A DNA stretch of 64,000 nucleotides from Alphaproteobacteria bacterium. GTDB taxonomy: Bacteria > Pseudomonadota > Alphaproteobacteria > UBA2966. The notes below the pieces were generated by a model. That model worked only from the letters and a program-made list of their open reading frames with translations, searched no databases and was not told where the DNA came from. The translations under genes were made by a program, and so were the position numbers. Position 1 is the first letter of the stretch. Each line of letters starts with the position of its first letter. This document shows, piece by piece, positions 9,606-18,084 of this stretch. The stretch spans positions 1,729 to 65,728 of the forward strand of contig JABILA010000092.1 of NCBI GenBank assembly GCA_018654745.1, written 5' to 3'.

Positions 9606-9938
9606 TTAGATACAACCGGTAGGTTTCGGCAGACCGGCGATTTTACAGGCTTGTTTGGCTGGACCATAAGGGAACAGAGAATAGAGATATTTGTTGTTAC
9701 CCTTTTCCTTGCCGAATTTCTTGCCAATTGCCTTGGTCAGAACACGCACGGCAGGTGCAATCTGGTATTCGTCATAATATTCGCGGAGGAAATTTACGAC
9801 TTCCCAGTGTTCTTCAGTCATCTCGATTTTTTCGTCGAGGGCAATCAGGTCCGCCAGGCCTTCATTCCAGGAGCCAATGTCCGTGATGTATCCTTCTTCA
9901 TCGGCATCAAACGTCTCGCCGTTAATTTCGTAAGCCAT
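9606..9938 (-). CDS. dsrC: DsrC sulfur carrier
   Basis: C-terminal arm AKQACKIAGLPKPTGCI retains both conserved Cys (CysB and CysA), as in true DsrC rather than TusE. Confidence 0.95.
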   Translation of the reverse strand: MAYEINGETFDADEEGYITDIGSWNEGLADLIALDEKIEMTEEHWEVVNFLREYYDEYQIAPAVRVLTKAIGKKFGKEKGNNKYLYSLFPYGPAKQACKIAGLPKPTGCI

Positions 9939-10006
9939 GTATATTCTCCTTCAAGTCTGTTCAGTTATTCAACTTTAGCGCAAACCTTGCGCAAATTCAG
10001 ATATTT

Positions 10007-10315
10007 CTACAACCAGGAATGCACCGCGTCATGTGCCTCCGCGAGGTCAACAAATCCACCATAATCAACGACAGAAACACCATCAGCAATGCGATCCTCG
10101 GCCATGCCGCGTGCGGCAAGATCAGGCCCCAGGACATAAACCTTGAGGCGCGAGGATGCGTCGGCAATTCTGGCAGCAACATCACCACCGGCAACGGCCG
10201 CATAAACACCATCTTCGATCAACAAGACTGCACTACCATCTTCGGCAAGCGTCAGACAGCTGTCAAAACTGTTTTTATCGAAAGGTGACTTATTCACGGT
10301 GTGCAATTTGCTCAT
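10007..10315 (-). CDS. dsrH: DsrH (TusB family)
   Basis: LHTVNKSPF, LLIEDGVYAA, VDYGGFVDL motifs; position in dsrEFH. Confidence 0.93.
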   Translation of the reverse strand: MSKLHTVNKSPFDKNSFDSCLTLAEDGSAVLLIEDGVYAAVAGGDVAARIADASSRLKVYVLGPDLAARGMAEDRIADGVSVVDYGGFVDLAEAHDAVHSWL

Positions 10316-10719
10316 GATGTAATGACCACTTCCTGTTCTGCCATCAGAGCCGACAGGGCCGCATGGTCCAACACTTCCACATCAACCAAAAAATCATCCG
10401 TGGTCAAACCGCGTTCTTCCATCGATTCCTTGGAGACATAGAGTTTTTCTACGTCATACCCTTCCAGTGCCCGATAAGTCTTGGAAAAGTTCTTCATACC
10501 AGCAGCTTCAGGTGCCTGTTCAGACTTGATCTGATAAACGCCGTCGTCCATGAAAACAACACTGACATCCTGGTCAAAAGCCGCAGCAATCAAAACCATC
10601 TCAAGGCTTTCCAGCGCATAGACAGTTCCGTAAGGCGCTTTGCGATTTACGTAACAGAATTTTTTGACAACTCCGAATTCGTCTTCATCATCAGGGGGAA
10701 TGGGGGGTAAATCTGACAT
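10312..10719 (-). CDS. dsrF: DsrF (TusC family)
   Basis: NRKAPYGT, AAFDQDVSVVFMDDGVYQ, NFSKTYRAL. Confidence 0.93.
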   Translation of the reverse strand: MSDLPPIPPDDEDEFGVVKKFCYVNRKAPYGTVYALESLEMVLIAAAFDQDVSVVFMDDGVYQIKSEQAPEAAGMKNFSKTYRALEGYDVEKLYVSKESMEERGLTTDDFLVDVEVLDHAALSALMAEQEVVITS

Positions 10720-10722
10720 TCA

Positions 10723-11082
10723 TCAATCTCCAAAGGTTACCAGACGATCGGCCTGGATTCCGGCTTCGATCAATTGCCCCAGCCCGGAAATACGAAATCC
10801 CGGTGCCAGAATATCATCATTCAATCCACGGCGCAGAGCCGCTGCGACACAGACCACCAGATCAACGCCATGCTCCTCCGCCAATGCTGACCAGTTGGCC
10901 GTCAGATTGCGGTCATCCGAAGGTGGTTCAGCCAGTTTGTTGGCATTGTTGACACCATCGTAATAAAAGAACACGCGAAATATCTCGTGACCCTTCTCCA
11001 GCGCCGCCTTCGTAAACTGGTAGGCGCTGTCGGAACACTGATGGGTAAACGGACCTTCGTTTACAAGAACACCAAACTTCAT
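10723..11082 (-). CDS. dsrE: DsrE sulfurtransferase (TusD family)
   Basis: VNEGPF, FFYYDGV, active-site Cys in VVCVAAALRRG, FRISGLGQL. Confidence 0.94.
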   Translation of the reverse strand: MKFGVLVNEGPFTHQCSDSAYQFTKAALEKGHEIFRVFFYYDGVNNANKLAEPPSDDRNLTANWSALAEEHGVDLVVCVAAALRRGLNDDILAPGFRISGLGQLIEAGIQADRLVTFGD

Positions 11083-11108
11083 GGAACTATCTCTCCAGTC
11101 GTTACGAA

Positions 11109-12179
11109 CTACATGCGAACGTGGGTTGAGGCATTGAATGAACTCCGTGCACCACGCCAGTCATCGATGTGATATTTGGTAAACGGCAAGCCCGTCAGTT
11201 CAAAGAAACGTGGCCAGCCGACACGTTCGATCCATTCGCCAACACGCTCCCAATCGCGGGCGTCTTCCTTGTAGACGCGCAAGATCGTCTTGACGATTTC
11301 ACTGGCTTCTGGCCAGCGTGGTGCATTGTTTGGAATGCCTGCCGCCACAAGTTTGTGGAACGTTGGCTTGGAACGCGCATTGGAATGTTTGCCGCCGACA
11401 AAAATGGCCAGCTTGGTGTATTCCGGATCATTGATTTGCATTGGTGGGCACGGTGGATAACAGGCACCACAGCACATGCATTTCTTTTCATCAACTTCCA
11501 GCGACGGCTTGCCGTTTACCAGCGCTGGACGGATCGCCGCAACCGGGCAGCGCGCAACAACAGATGGACGCTCGCAAGTGTTGGCAACCAGATCATGGTT
11601 GATCATAGGTGGTTTGGTATGCTGAATATTGATGGCGATATCGCCTTGACCACCGCAGTTGATCTGGCAACAAGATGTTGTCAAGCGAACCCGGTTGGGC
11701 ATCTCTTCGCGCTTGAATTCGACGATAAGGTCGTCCATCAAGGCCTTTACAACGCCGGAGGCATCCGTGCCTGGAATGTCACAGTGCAGCCAACCCTGAG
11801 TGTGCGAAATCGTTGAAACTGAATTTCCGGTTCCACCAACTGGATAGGTAGCATCTTCCAATGCCTCAATCAGTGGGCCCACTTTGGCTTCATCTGCAAC
11901 CATATATTCGATGTTGGACCGTGTCGTAAAACGAACGTGACCATCGGCATATTTGTCGCCGATATCGCACAATAGGCGAATGGCATATGTGTCCAGTTGG
12001 CGTGGCGTACCTGCCCGGACTGTCCAGATTTCATCGCCACTGTGCGCCACATGATGCAGCACACCAGGACGCGGACGATCATGCCATTTCCAGTTTCCAT
12101 AATTCTCACGCATCGTTGGATGCATAAGCGGAAATGGGTCCGGGACTCCACTTTCAATCGGTTCACGCATATCGGACAT
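11109..12179 (-). CDS. dsrB: Dissimilatory sulfite reductase beta subunit (oxidative type)
   Basis: HTQGWLHCDIP, TSCCQINCGG, ferredoxin CMCCGACYPPC, WERVGEWIERVGW; context of dsrEFH and dsrL indicates the reverse (oxidative) type. Confidence 0.96.
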   Translation of the reverse strand: MSDMREPIESGVPDPFPLMHPTMRENYGNWKWHDRPRPGVLHHVAHSGDEIWTVRAGTPRQLDTYAIRLLCDIGDKYADGHVRFTTRSNIEYMVADEAKVGPLIEALEDATYPVGGTGNSVSTISHTQGWLHCDIPGTDASGVVKALMDDLIVEFKREEMPNRVRLTTSCCQINCGGQGDIAINIQHTKPPMINHDLVANTCERPSVVARCPVAAIRPALVNGKPSLEVDEKKCMCCGACYPPCPPMQINDPEYTKLAIFVGGKHSNARSKPTFHKLVAAGIPNNAPRWPEASEIVKTILRVYKEDARDWERVGEWIERVGWPRFFELTGLPFTKYHIDDWRGARSSFNASTHVRM

Positions 12180-12209
12180 AAAGACCTCCGAGGTATTTGC
12201 TTTTTGGTT

Positions 12210-12235
12210 GAGAGGCGATGCCGAAGCACCCCCTC
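12210..12235 (-). other. C(UUCG)G tetraloop hairpin between dsrA and dsrB
   Basis: Minus strand GAGGGGGTGC-TTCG-GCATCGCCTCTC, followed by AACCAAAAAG rather than a U-tract. Confidence 0.55.
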
Positions 12236-12296
12236 AGGTCAATTTCATAACTCAAACACTGACCAGTGATTTTCTTATTGCCAGACTTTCACAAAG

Positions 12297-13559
12297 CTAT
12301 TCCGCTGCTTCCGAAGCGGCGTCACCCTTGCGGGCGTGCCACTTGGCGGCTTCTTCGTCCCAGCCATCAGTACGGACATAGGAATTGGTACGCGGATGAG
12401 CAATCATGTTCGGATCAATATCCAGACCAACGGCTTCGAGGTAATTTACCAGCCCGATCCTGTCTATTGTTTCGCCAATCCGCTCATGCTCCAGGGCGTT
12501 TTCTGCAAAAAAGTCGACCGTGTCCTGTGCCAGTTCCAAAAGACGATCGAAATCTTCGTCTTTATCCAGGCGCATGAACGGGATAATCACCGACCCCATC
12601 AGATCACCAATTTTCAACGAGCGTTTGCCTCCAAGACAAATTGTAACGCCGCGATCCTTGCCAGGTGACAACGCCTTGTTCATGACATTGATGCAGTGCA
12701 TGCAACGCACACAGCTGTTGTCATCAATTTCCATAGTGTCGTCATCATTGAGGGTAATGGCATTGGTCGGGCAGTTCATCTGAACGGATTCAGTGAAATA
12801 TTTGCGACCAACATCTTCCAGATAAAGTTTGACTTCATCCTGATCAATCTGGATCTCATCTGCCCAGGTACCGATGACCGCCATATCAGCGCGATGGATA
12901 GCGTTGACGCAGTCATTTGGGCAACCGGAGAACTTGAACTTGAACTTGTAAGGTAGGGCTGGGCGATGCATTTCATCGATCAGATCATTGATAATCATGC
13001 GATGGGCCCGGACTTCGTCATAGCAGGACTGTTCACAACGCGCGTGGCCAACACAGCTCATGGAGGTCCGCAGAGCCGGTCCGGCACCACCCATATCAAA
13101 GCCATTTTCATTCAGTTCATCAAATGCAGGCTGAACATTTTCGCTCGATACACCCTGAAACATGATGTCACCGCTTTGGCCATGCAAAGCAATCAAACCT
13201 GAGCCATGCTTTTCCCAGATGTCACACATCTTGCGCAGGGTCGCGGTGTCGTAGTGCATGCCAGCAGGTGGCTGAATTCGCAAAGTGTGGAATTCTTTCG
13301 AATCGGGATAATCCTCAGCAACTTCAGAAAACCGGGGAATAACACCACCGCCGTATCCATAGACACCAACAGTACCGCCCTTCCAGAAACCCTTGCGGGT
13401 TTCATAGGAATGCTCCAGCTGCCCCAACAGATCTTTCATCATATCTGCGTGCGGTTTTGTTTCATCTGTCGCCAGACGCTTGAGCCCGGTAACAAAACTG
13501 GGCCACGGTCCATTTTCCAATTCATCAAGCATTGGAGTTTCGCGAATTTTCTTGGTCAT
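12297..13559 (-). CDS. dsrA: Dissimilatory sulfite reductase alpha subunit (oxidative type)
   Basis: GPWPSFV, WKGG, YGGGVIPR, EFHTLR, siroheme/FeS ligands CVGHARCEQSC and KFKFSGCPNDC, CVRCMHC. Confidence 0.97.
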   Translation of the reverse strand: MTKKIRETPMLDELENGPWPSFVTGLKRLATDETKPHADMMKDLLGQLEHSYETRKGFWKGGTVGVYGYGGGVIPRFSEVAEDYPDSKEFHTLRIQPPAGMHYDTATLRKMCDIWEKHGSGLIALHGQSGDIMFQGVSSENVQPAFDELNENGFDMGGAGPALRTSMSCVGHARCEQSCYDEVRAHRMIINDLIDEMHRPALPYKFKFKFSGCPNDCVNAIHRADMAVIGTWADEIQIDQDEVKLYLEDVGRKYFTESVQMNCPTNAITLNDDDTMEIDDNSCVRCMHCINVMNKALSPGKDRGVTICLGGKRSLKIGDLMGSVIIPFMRLDKDEDFDRLLELAQDTVDFFAENALEHERIGETIDRIGLVNYLEAVGLDIDPNMIAHPRTNSYVRTDGWDEEAAKWHARKGDAASEAAE

Positions 13560-13673
13560 CTATCCCTCCCTTAGAGATCGCCTGCACGTGTGCTGCACAA
13601 TTTTGCCAGCTCATTGCACCTGAATTGTCCGGGTTTGATCCCTGATCGAAAGCGGCGCATATGTCACACACAG

Positions 13674-13702
13674 GTGACCTTCCATATTTCGTACATTATA
13701 AT
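13674..13702 (+). promoter_or_regulatory. Candidate sigma70 promoter for the TauD-like gene
   Basis: GTGACC-N17-TATAAT in the AT-rich dsrA/tauD-like divergent region. Confidence 0.3.
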
Positions 13703-13760
13703 ATGCTCATATTCAAACAGATGGCCAGAAGATTCTTAAATGAAATAGCGATTTATATTT

Positions 13761-13777
13761 CTTAGAATTATTCTAAT
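13761..13777. promoter_or_regulatory. Palindromic operator resembling the Irr iron control element (ICE)
   Basis: CTTAGAA-TTA-TTCTAAT; perfect 7-1-7 inverted repeat TTAGAAT-T-ATTCTAA. Differs from the ICE consensus TTTAGAA-N3-TTCTAAA only at the two outermost bases. Confidence 0.5.
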
Positions 13778-13908
13778 CAAAGAAATAACCATGTAACTCT
13801 ATGCGTATAACAGCTTTTTCTTATATACATATTCCATTAGGTTGATCCAACAAATATGTCTTTCACCCTCACTTTCCCCCTCTGGCAACTCCAATCATTG
13901 GATATGAC

Positions 13909-14835
13909 ATGACAAAAAACAGTTCTGATGGCTCCAATCGAAACGAATATCAGTGGAGTGGAAACCCATTTGATGCTGACAATGACACGGCTTACAGGGC
14001 CTGGCGACACTGGAAACTGGAAGTTGTCAGCAAATCGTCAGAGCAGAGTCCGATCATTGAGATCACCGATCCTGTCAATCCGAACCAGACGACAATCGAC
14101 CAGATATATGCGGCCTGCGAAGCCAATAACATGTCCTTGTTCCGTACATCAGAAAACCAGCTTGCTGACCGCGGAACTTTCCGGCGTTTCATGTCCGCCA
14201 TGGGTTTCAGAAACCTTCGAGGTCACATGTTGTCTGACGATGACGATATTTCGACAATCACGCCTTCCGAACGTAATACGGTCAAGGGCGAATATATTCC
14301 CTACACCGGCAAGGCATTGAGCTGGCATACAGACGGCTATTACCACGAAGCTGATAACCCGATCAGATCCATGACTTTGTATTGTGCCCACCAGGCAGAA
14401 AGTGGCGGCGAAAGTGCTTTTATCGATCACGATATGATCTACATGCGTTTGCGCGACCAAAACCCGGACTTTGTACGCGCCTTGATGCGGCCTGATGCCA
14501 TGACTGTGCCTGCTAATACACTGGGCGGAAAGGAAATCCGGCCGGCCCGAACGGGCCCTGTATTTATGGTGGACCCCGCCAGCGGCTTTCTGTCCATGCG
14601 CTATACGGCCCGAAAAATAAGCATTGAATGGCCAGGCGATGATCAAATGATCAAGGCACGCTCCGCCCTTGAAGCACTTTTGTCCGATACAAGTGATGAT
14701 AGCCTGATCACAAGAAGACGCTTGTCAGCGGGCGAAGGGATCATATGTAACAATGTGCTTCATCTGAGGGGCGGCTTTGAAGATCCTTCACGTGTTCTCT
14801 ACAGAGGTCGCTTTAGCAATCGGGTCGGCAAGTAG
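13909..14835 (+). CDS. TauD/TfdA-family Fe(II)/2-oxoglutarate dioxygenase-like protein
   Basis: HxD in LSWHTDGYY, SGGES, distal His in NNVLHLR, C-terminal YRGRF. Confidence 0.8.
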   Translation: MTKNSSDGSNRNEYQWSGNPFDADNDTAYRAWRHWKLEVVSKSSEQSPIIEITDPVNPNQTTIDQIYAACEANNMSLFRTSENQLADRGTFRRFMSAMGFRNLRGHMLSDDDDISTITPSERNTVKGEYIPYTGKALSWHTDGYYHEADNPIRSMTLYCAHQAESGGESAFIDHDMIYMRLRDQNPDFVRALMRPDAMTVPANTLGGKEIRPARTGPVFMVDPASGFLSMRYTARKISIEWPGDDQMIKARSALEALLSDTSDDSLITRRRLSAGEGIICNNVLHLRGGFEDPSRVLYRGRFSNRVGK

Positions 14836-14859
14836 AGTTTTGAAAACAGGAAGAATGAT

Positions 14860-15051
14860 ATGGTATTAATCAGCCAGGTATTGAAGTTTCACCCGGAGAT
14901 CAAATCCTTTGACGAATTTGTCCCGATTATCCGGGCACTGGGCGAGCAAGGTGAGATCCTGATTTCCATGGACGAACGTCCGGGCTTTCCCAACACACCG
15001 GCCAATTGGGAGTTTGTTCTTGAAAACGCCTTTACGTTCGGGCGCGGATAA
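14860..15051 (+). CDS. Small hypothetical protein (63 aa)
   Basis: AGGAAG RBS upstream; stop overlaps the next ATG (TAATG). The MDxxPxFPxTPxNWE pattern resembles small proteins I recall from sulfur oxidisers (not verified). Confidence 0.65.
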   Translation: MVLISQVLKFHPEIKSFDEFVPIIRALGEQGEILISMDERPGFPNTPANWEFVLENAFTFGRG

Positions 15052-15281
15052 TGGCCGGGGAATTTGAAGAGGCCGTTAACGATCTTGGTAAGTTTGATCT
15101 GCCATATGGCCGGGAAGTCCGCATGGAAGAAGTCGTTTATGAAGGTGGCATGAAATTGCTGCGGCTGCGGCTGCGTGAAGGTAACCGTCACACAGTCATT
15201 GAACTTGATCCTGCAAGTGCAGCGGAGTGGGCTGGCGTTCTCGGTCCCTGGGCCAAAGACAACTCAGCTAATTTAGATTGA
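15051..15281 (+). CDS. Small hypothetical protein (76 aa)
   Basis: Translationally coupled to the previous ORF. PYGRxVxxxEVxYExGMxLLRLRxREGxR pattern looks like a conserved small protein (possibly DUF6967, from memory). Confidence 0.65.
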   Translation: MAGEFEEAVNDLGKFDLPYGREVRMEEVVYEGGMKLLRLRLREGNRHTVIELDPASAAEWAGVLGPWAKDNSANLD

Positions 15282-16254
15282 TCTTGCGTTCCAGCGGGGC
15301 ATTGTTGCGAGCAGTCCAGTCAGCCAGTGATCCGTCATACATGCGAATATTCTTGCCGCCCAGCAATTCACTTGTGACAAACCAGGTAATTGAGGCCCAG
15401 TGGCCTGTATTGCAAAAAACAAACAATGGACCGCCATTCACAAGACCAGCAGAAGTTGCCAGTTTTTTCAGACTGGATATTCCCCGAAAATATCCGCCAC
15501 CATTTTCCGTCAACCATTGCCCTGGCAGGCTGACCGCCCCCGGCAGTGTACCAGCAGATCGAACGGCACCGCTTTTTTGAAGTCCCAGATATTGCATGGT
15601 TGGTCGGGCGTCCAGGGACACCTCGCCCCTCGCCCGAGCCGATTTGACGGCTTCCATATCCATCAACATTGTCTTTCTCAAGGCGGGAACAAAGATGCGT
15701 GCAGAATTTTTCTCAACGCCACTTCGAACAGGATTCAAAGGTGTTTTCCCGCCCGGTTTTCGCATGCTTTGCCAGGCCGCCATGCCACCATCCAGAATTG
15801 AGACCCTGTCATGACCCAGGACTTTGAAACTCCAGTAGAGGCGTGTGGCCATGCCCATATCCCCGGCACTCCAGCCTGGGGCAATCAAGACAACATGTGA
15901 CTGGTTCCCAATTCCCAGTTGTCCTATTTTCCGGACCAACTGCTTAAGACCTGGACCGTCAGTGGGAAGTAAGCCGGGAACATTCCTGATCGTCTGACGC
16001 CAGCCATCATTGCCATAATCTGAATGAACCGCACCCGGAATATGGCTTGTCGAATAACTGCGAAGATCCCGAAGGTCGATTAACACGCGGTCATTCGTTG
16101 CCGGATTTTGGTGCAGCCATTCAACACTGACCAATGGTGTCACGACAGTTTGCGCGGCAGCATCAAAGGCACCCGCCACGAGAAGTACAGACAAAATAAA
16201 TCTCGCAATATGTATGGTGGATTGGCGAAACATGTAGCCTCCGGCGATAGTCAA
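15268..16254 (-). CDS. Exported tandem-domain rhodanese / sulfurtransferase
   Basis: Signal peptide (...AFDAAA), LVSVEWL, DLR...HIPGA, ILDGG, DAR...GTLPGA, catalytic loop FCNTGHWAS, YDGSLADW. Confidence 0.85.
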   Translation of the reverse strand: MTIAGGYMFRQSTIHIARFILSVLLVAGAFDAAAQTVVTPLVSVEWLHQNPATNDRVLIDLRDLRSYSTSHIPGAVHSDYGNDGWRQTIRNVPGLLPTDGPGLKQLVRKIGQLGIGNQSHVVLIAPGWSAGDMGMATRLYWSFKVLGHDRVSILDGGMAAWQSMRKPGGKTPLNPVRSGVEKNSARIFVPALRKTMLMDMEAVKSARARGEVSLDARPTMQYLGLQKSGAVRSAGTLPGAVSLPGQWLTENGGGYFRGISSLKKLATSAGLVNGGPLFVFCNTGHWASITWFVTSELLGGKNIRMYDGSLADWTARNNAPLERKINLN

Positions 16255-16389
16255 ACAGAACTGATAGTATCAGACAGCCGGGAACCGAAGGCCATGTCAA
16301 CAATGCTCACAATGGAGTGAGAAGGCATTTCAGAAATAACTCGGAAGCCAGATAATTATCTGGCACCGTTATTCATCACTCTTTGATCT

Positions 16390-16872
16390 TTGGATTTTGT
16401 CATGACCGGAAAACAGAAAATCGCGGGCTTTTGCCTGTCCGTGTTCCTCAGCTGGACAACCGCACATGCGCAAGCCGCAAACCAAAACGGTATGGTCCGG
16501 CAGGAAATGGGTGTCGCCTGGCACGAGGCGTGGCCAAAACTGAAAACTGCAATCCAGAAGAACCAGATGGGCATCGTTTCGCGAGCCAGTGCAAGCGCCG
16601 GTGCCAAAGGCAGAGGCGTCATCATCCCCGGCAACATGGTGATCGGCGTCTTTCGCAACGACTTTGCCGTACGTATGCTGGCGGCCAGCGTTGATGCCGG
16701 TATCGAGGCACCACTGAGGTTTTACCTGACGGAAACGCTGTCAGGTAATGTGCAGCTGAGTTATCGAAAACCCGTTGTCACTTTTGCGCCTTACGGTGCG
16801 GGTGACCTCGCCGTTCTGGCGCGCGAACTGGACGAAATATTCGCGCGCATCGCCAGTGACGCCGTGAAATAG
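16390..16872 (+). CDS. DUF302 domain protein with signal peptide
   Basis: Signal peptide ending AHAQA; VFRNDFAVRML, AGIEAPLRFY, LSYRKP typical of DUF302. Start may be ATG 16402. Confidence 0.75.
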   Translation: MDFVMTGKQKIAGFCLSVFLSWTTAHAQAANQNGMVRQEMGVAWHEAWPKLKTAIQKNQMGIVSRASASAGAKGRGVIIPGNMVIGVFRNDFAVRMLAASVDAGIEAPLRFYLTETLSGNVQLSYRKPVVTFAPYGAGDLAVLARELDEIFARIASDAVK

Positions 16873-16884
16873 TCGTTCGCAGAT

Positions 16885-18063
16885 ATGATGATAATTTCAG
16901 ATTCTCCAGATAACCGTACTGCTCCCATACAAATGCGCGTGGTTATTGCAGCGACTATCATACTGGCTGGGGGTCTCTGGCTGATTCAATTGCAGGGTTG
17001 GCACCAGGCAAGGCTTTATGGCGTTGGCGTCGCAATGGGTCTGGTGCTTTATCATGCTGCCTTTGGTTTCACCGGCGCCTGGCGTCAAATGCTGGTTCAC
17101 CGGCAAACGACTGGTGTAGAAGCGCAGTTGCTGATGTTGGCGGTTGCAACATTGATTTTCGCACCGGCACTTGCGAACGGTGAATTGTGGGGAACCCCTG
17201 TTAGTGGAGCCGTAGCACCCATCGGAATACAAGTCGCTGTGGGTGCCTTCCTGTTTGGGCTCGGCATGCAGTTGGGTGGCGGGTGTGGTTCGGGCACCCT
17301 GTTCACTGTAGGCGGCGGCAGTACCCGCATGGTTCTTACCCTGGTCACATTTTGCGCAGGTTCCTTCTGGGCTAGCCTTGATATGCAATGGTGGGTCAAT
17401 ACACCCCGGCTACCGGGTATCGCGTTGGGCGATATCTGGGGCTGGCCTCTGGCAGCTCTCGCCCAATTAGCTGTACTGGGCGTCCTGTTCCTGATGCTAA
17501 AGCGCTGGCGGCGACCTGTACGGGTCAGTGACCATGGCCCTTTTTCGTGGCATAGCTTGTATCAAGGCCCGTGGTTGCTGGGCTGGGGTGCCGTTGCCCT
17601 CGCCTTGTTGAACTGGATCACACTTGGGTTGTCCGGACACCCGTGGACGATCACCTGGGCTTTTACACTGTGGGGTGCAAAGGCGGCGACATTTGCCGGC
17701 TGGACACTGTCAAACACCTGGTTCTGGACTGGTGGTTTCACTGAAAATGCGCTGTCCAGTCCCGTGTTGGCGGACGAAACCTCGGTGATGAACATCGGCA
17801 TCATCATCGGTGCATTTTTGGCCGCGGGTCTTGCGGGTCGGTTCGCACCAGACTTTCGAATACCCTTGCGAAGTTTGGCCGCCGCAGTCATTGGCGGGCT
17901 AATGATGGGCTATGGTGCCCGCATAGGCTTTGGCTGCAATATTGGAGCTTTATTTTCAGGTATTGCTTCAACCAGTTTACATGGCTGGATGTGGGCCCTG
18001 TTTGCGCTCGGCGGCTCATGGATTGGCGTAAGATTTCGGCCTGCGTTTGACCTTCAAAATTAG
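16885..18063 (+). CDS. YeeE/YedE-family sulfur compound (thiosulfate) transporter
   Basis: Multi-TM; FGFTGAWR, GAFLFGLGMQLGGGCGSGTL, GGLMMGYGARIGFGCNIGA with conserved Cys. Confidence 0.88.
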   Translation: MMIISDSPDNRTAPIQMRVVIAATIILAGGLWLIQLQGWHQARLYGVGVAMGLVLYHAAFGFTGAWRQMLVHRQTTGVEAQLLMLAVATLIFAPALANGELWGTPVSGAVAPIGIQVAVGAFLFGLGMQLGGGCGSGTLFTVGGGSTRMVLTLVTFCAGSFWASLDMQWWVNTPRLPGIALGDIWGWPLAALAQLAVLGVLFLMLKRWRRPVRVSDHGPFSWHSLYQGPWLLGWGAVALALLNWITLGLSGHPWTITWAFTLWGAKAATFAGWTLSNTWFWTGGFTENALSSPVLADETSVMNIGIIIGAFLAAGLAGRFAPDFRIPLRSLAAAVIGGLMMGYGARIGFGCNIGALFSGIASTSLHGWMWALFALGGSWIGVRFRPAFDLQN

Positions 18064-18084
18064 CGCTGATCAAACCAAACCGGT

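Noticed and set aside
13590-13610. Sigma54-like TGGCA...TGC upstream of dsrA (minus strand); similar pattern at 37092-37105
   Set aside because: Only 9 nt separate GG and GC; sigma54 promoters need 10.
13635-13650. FNR-like TTGAT...ATC box in the dsr promoter region
   Set aside because: Spacing is N5 and the second half is ATCGA; does not fit TTGAT-N4-ATCAA.
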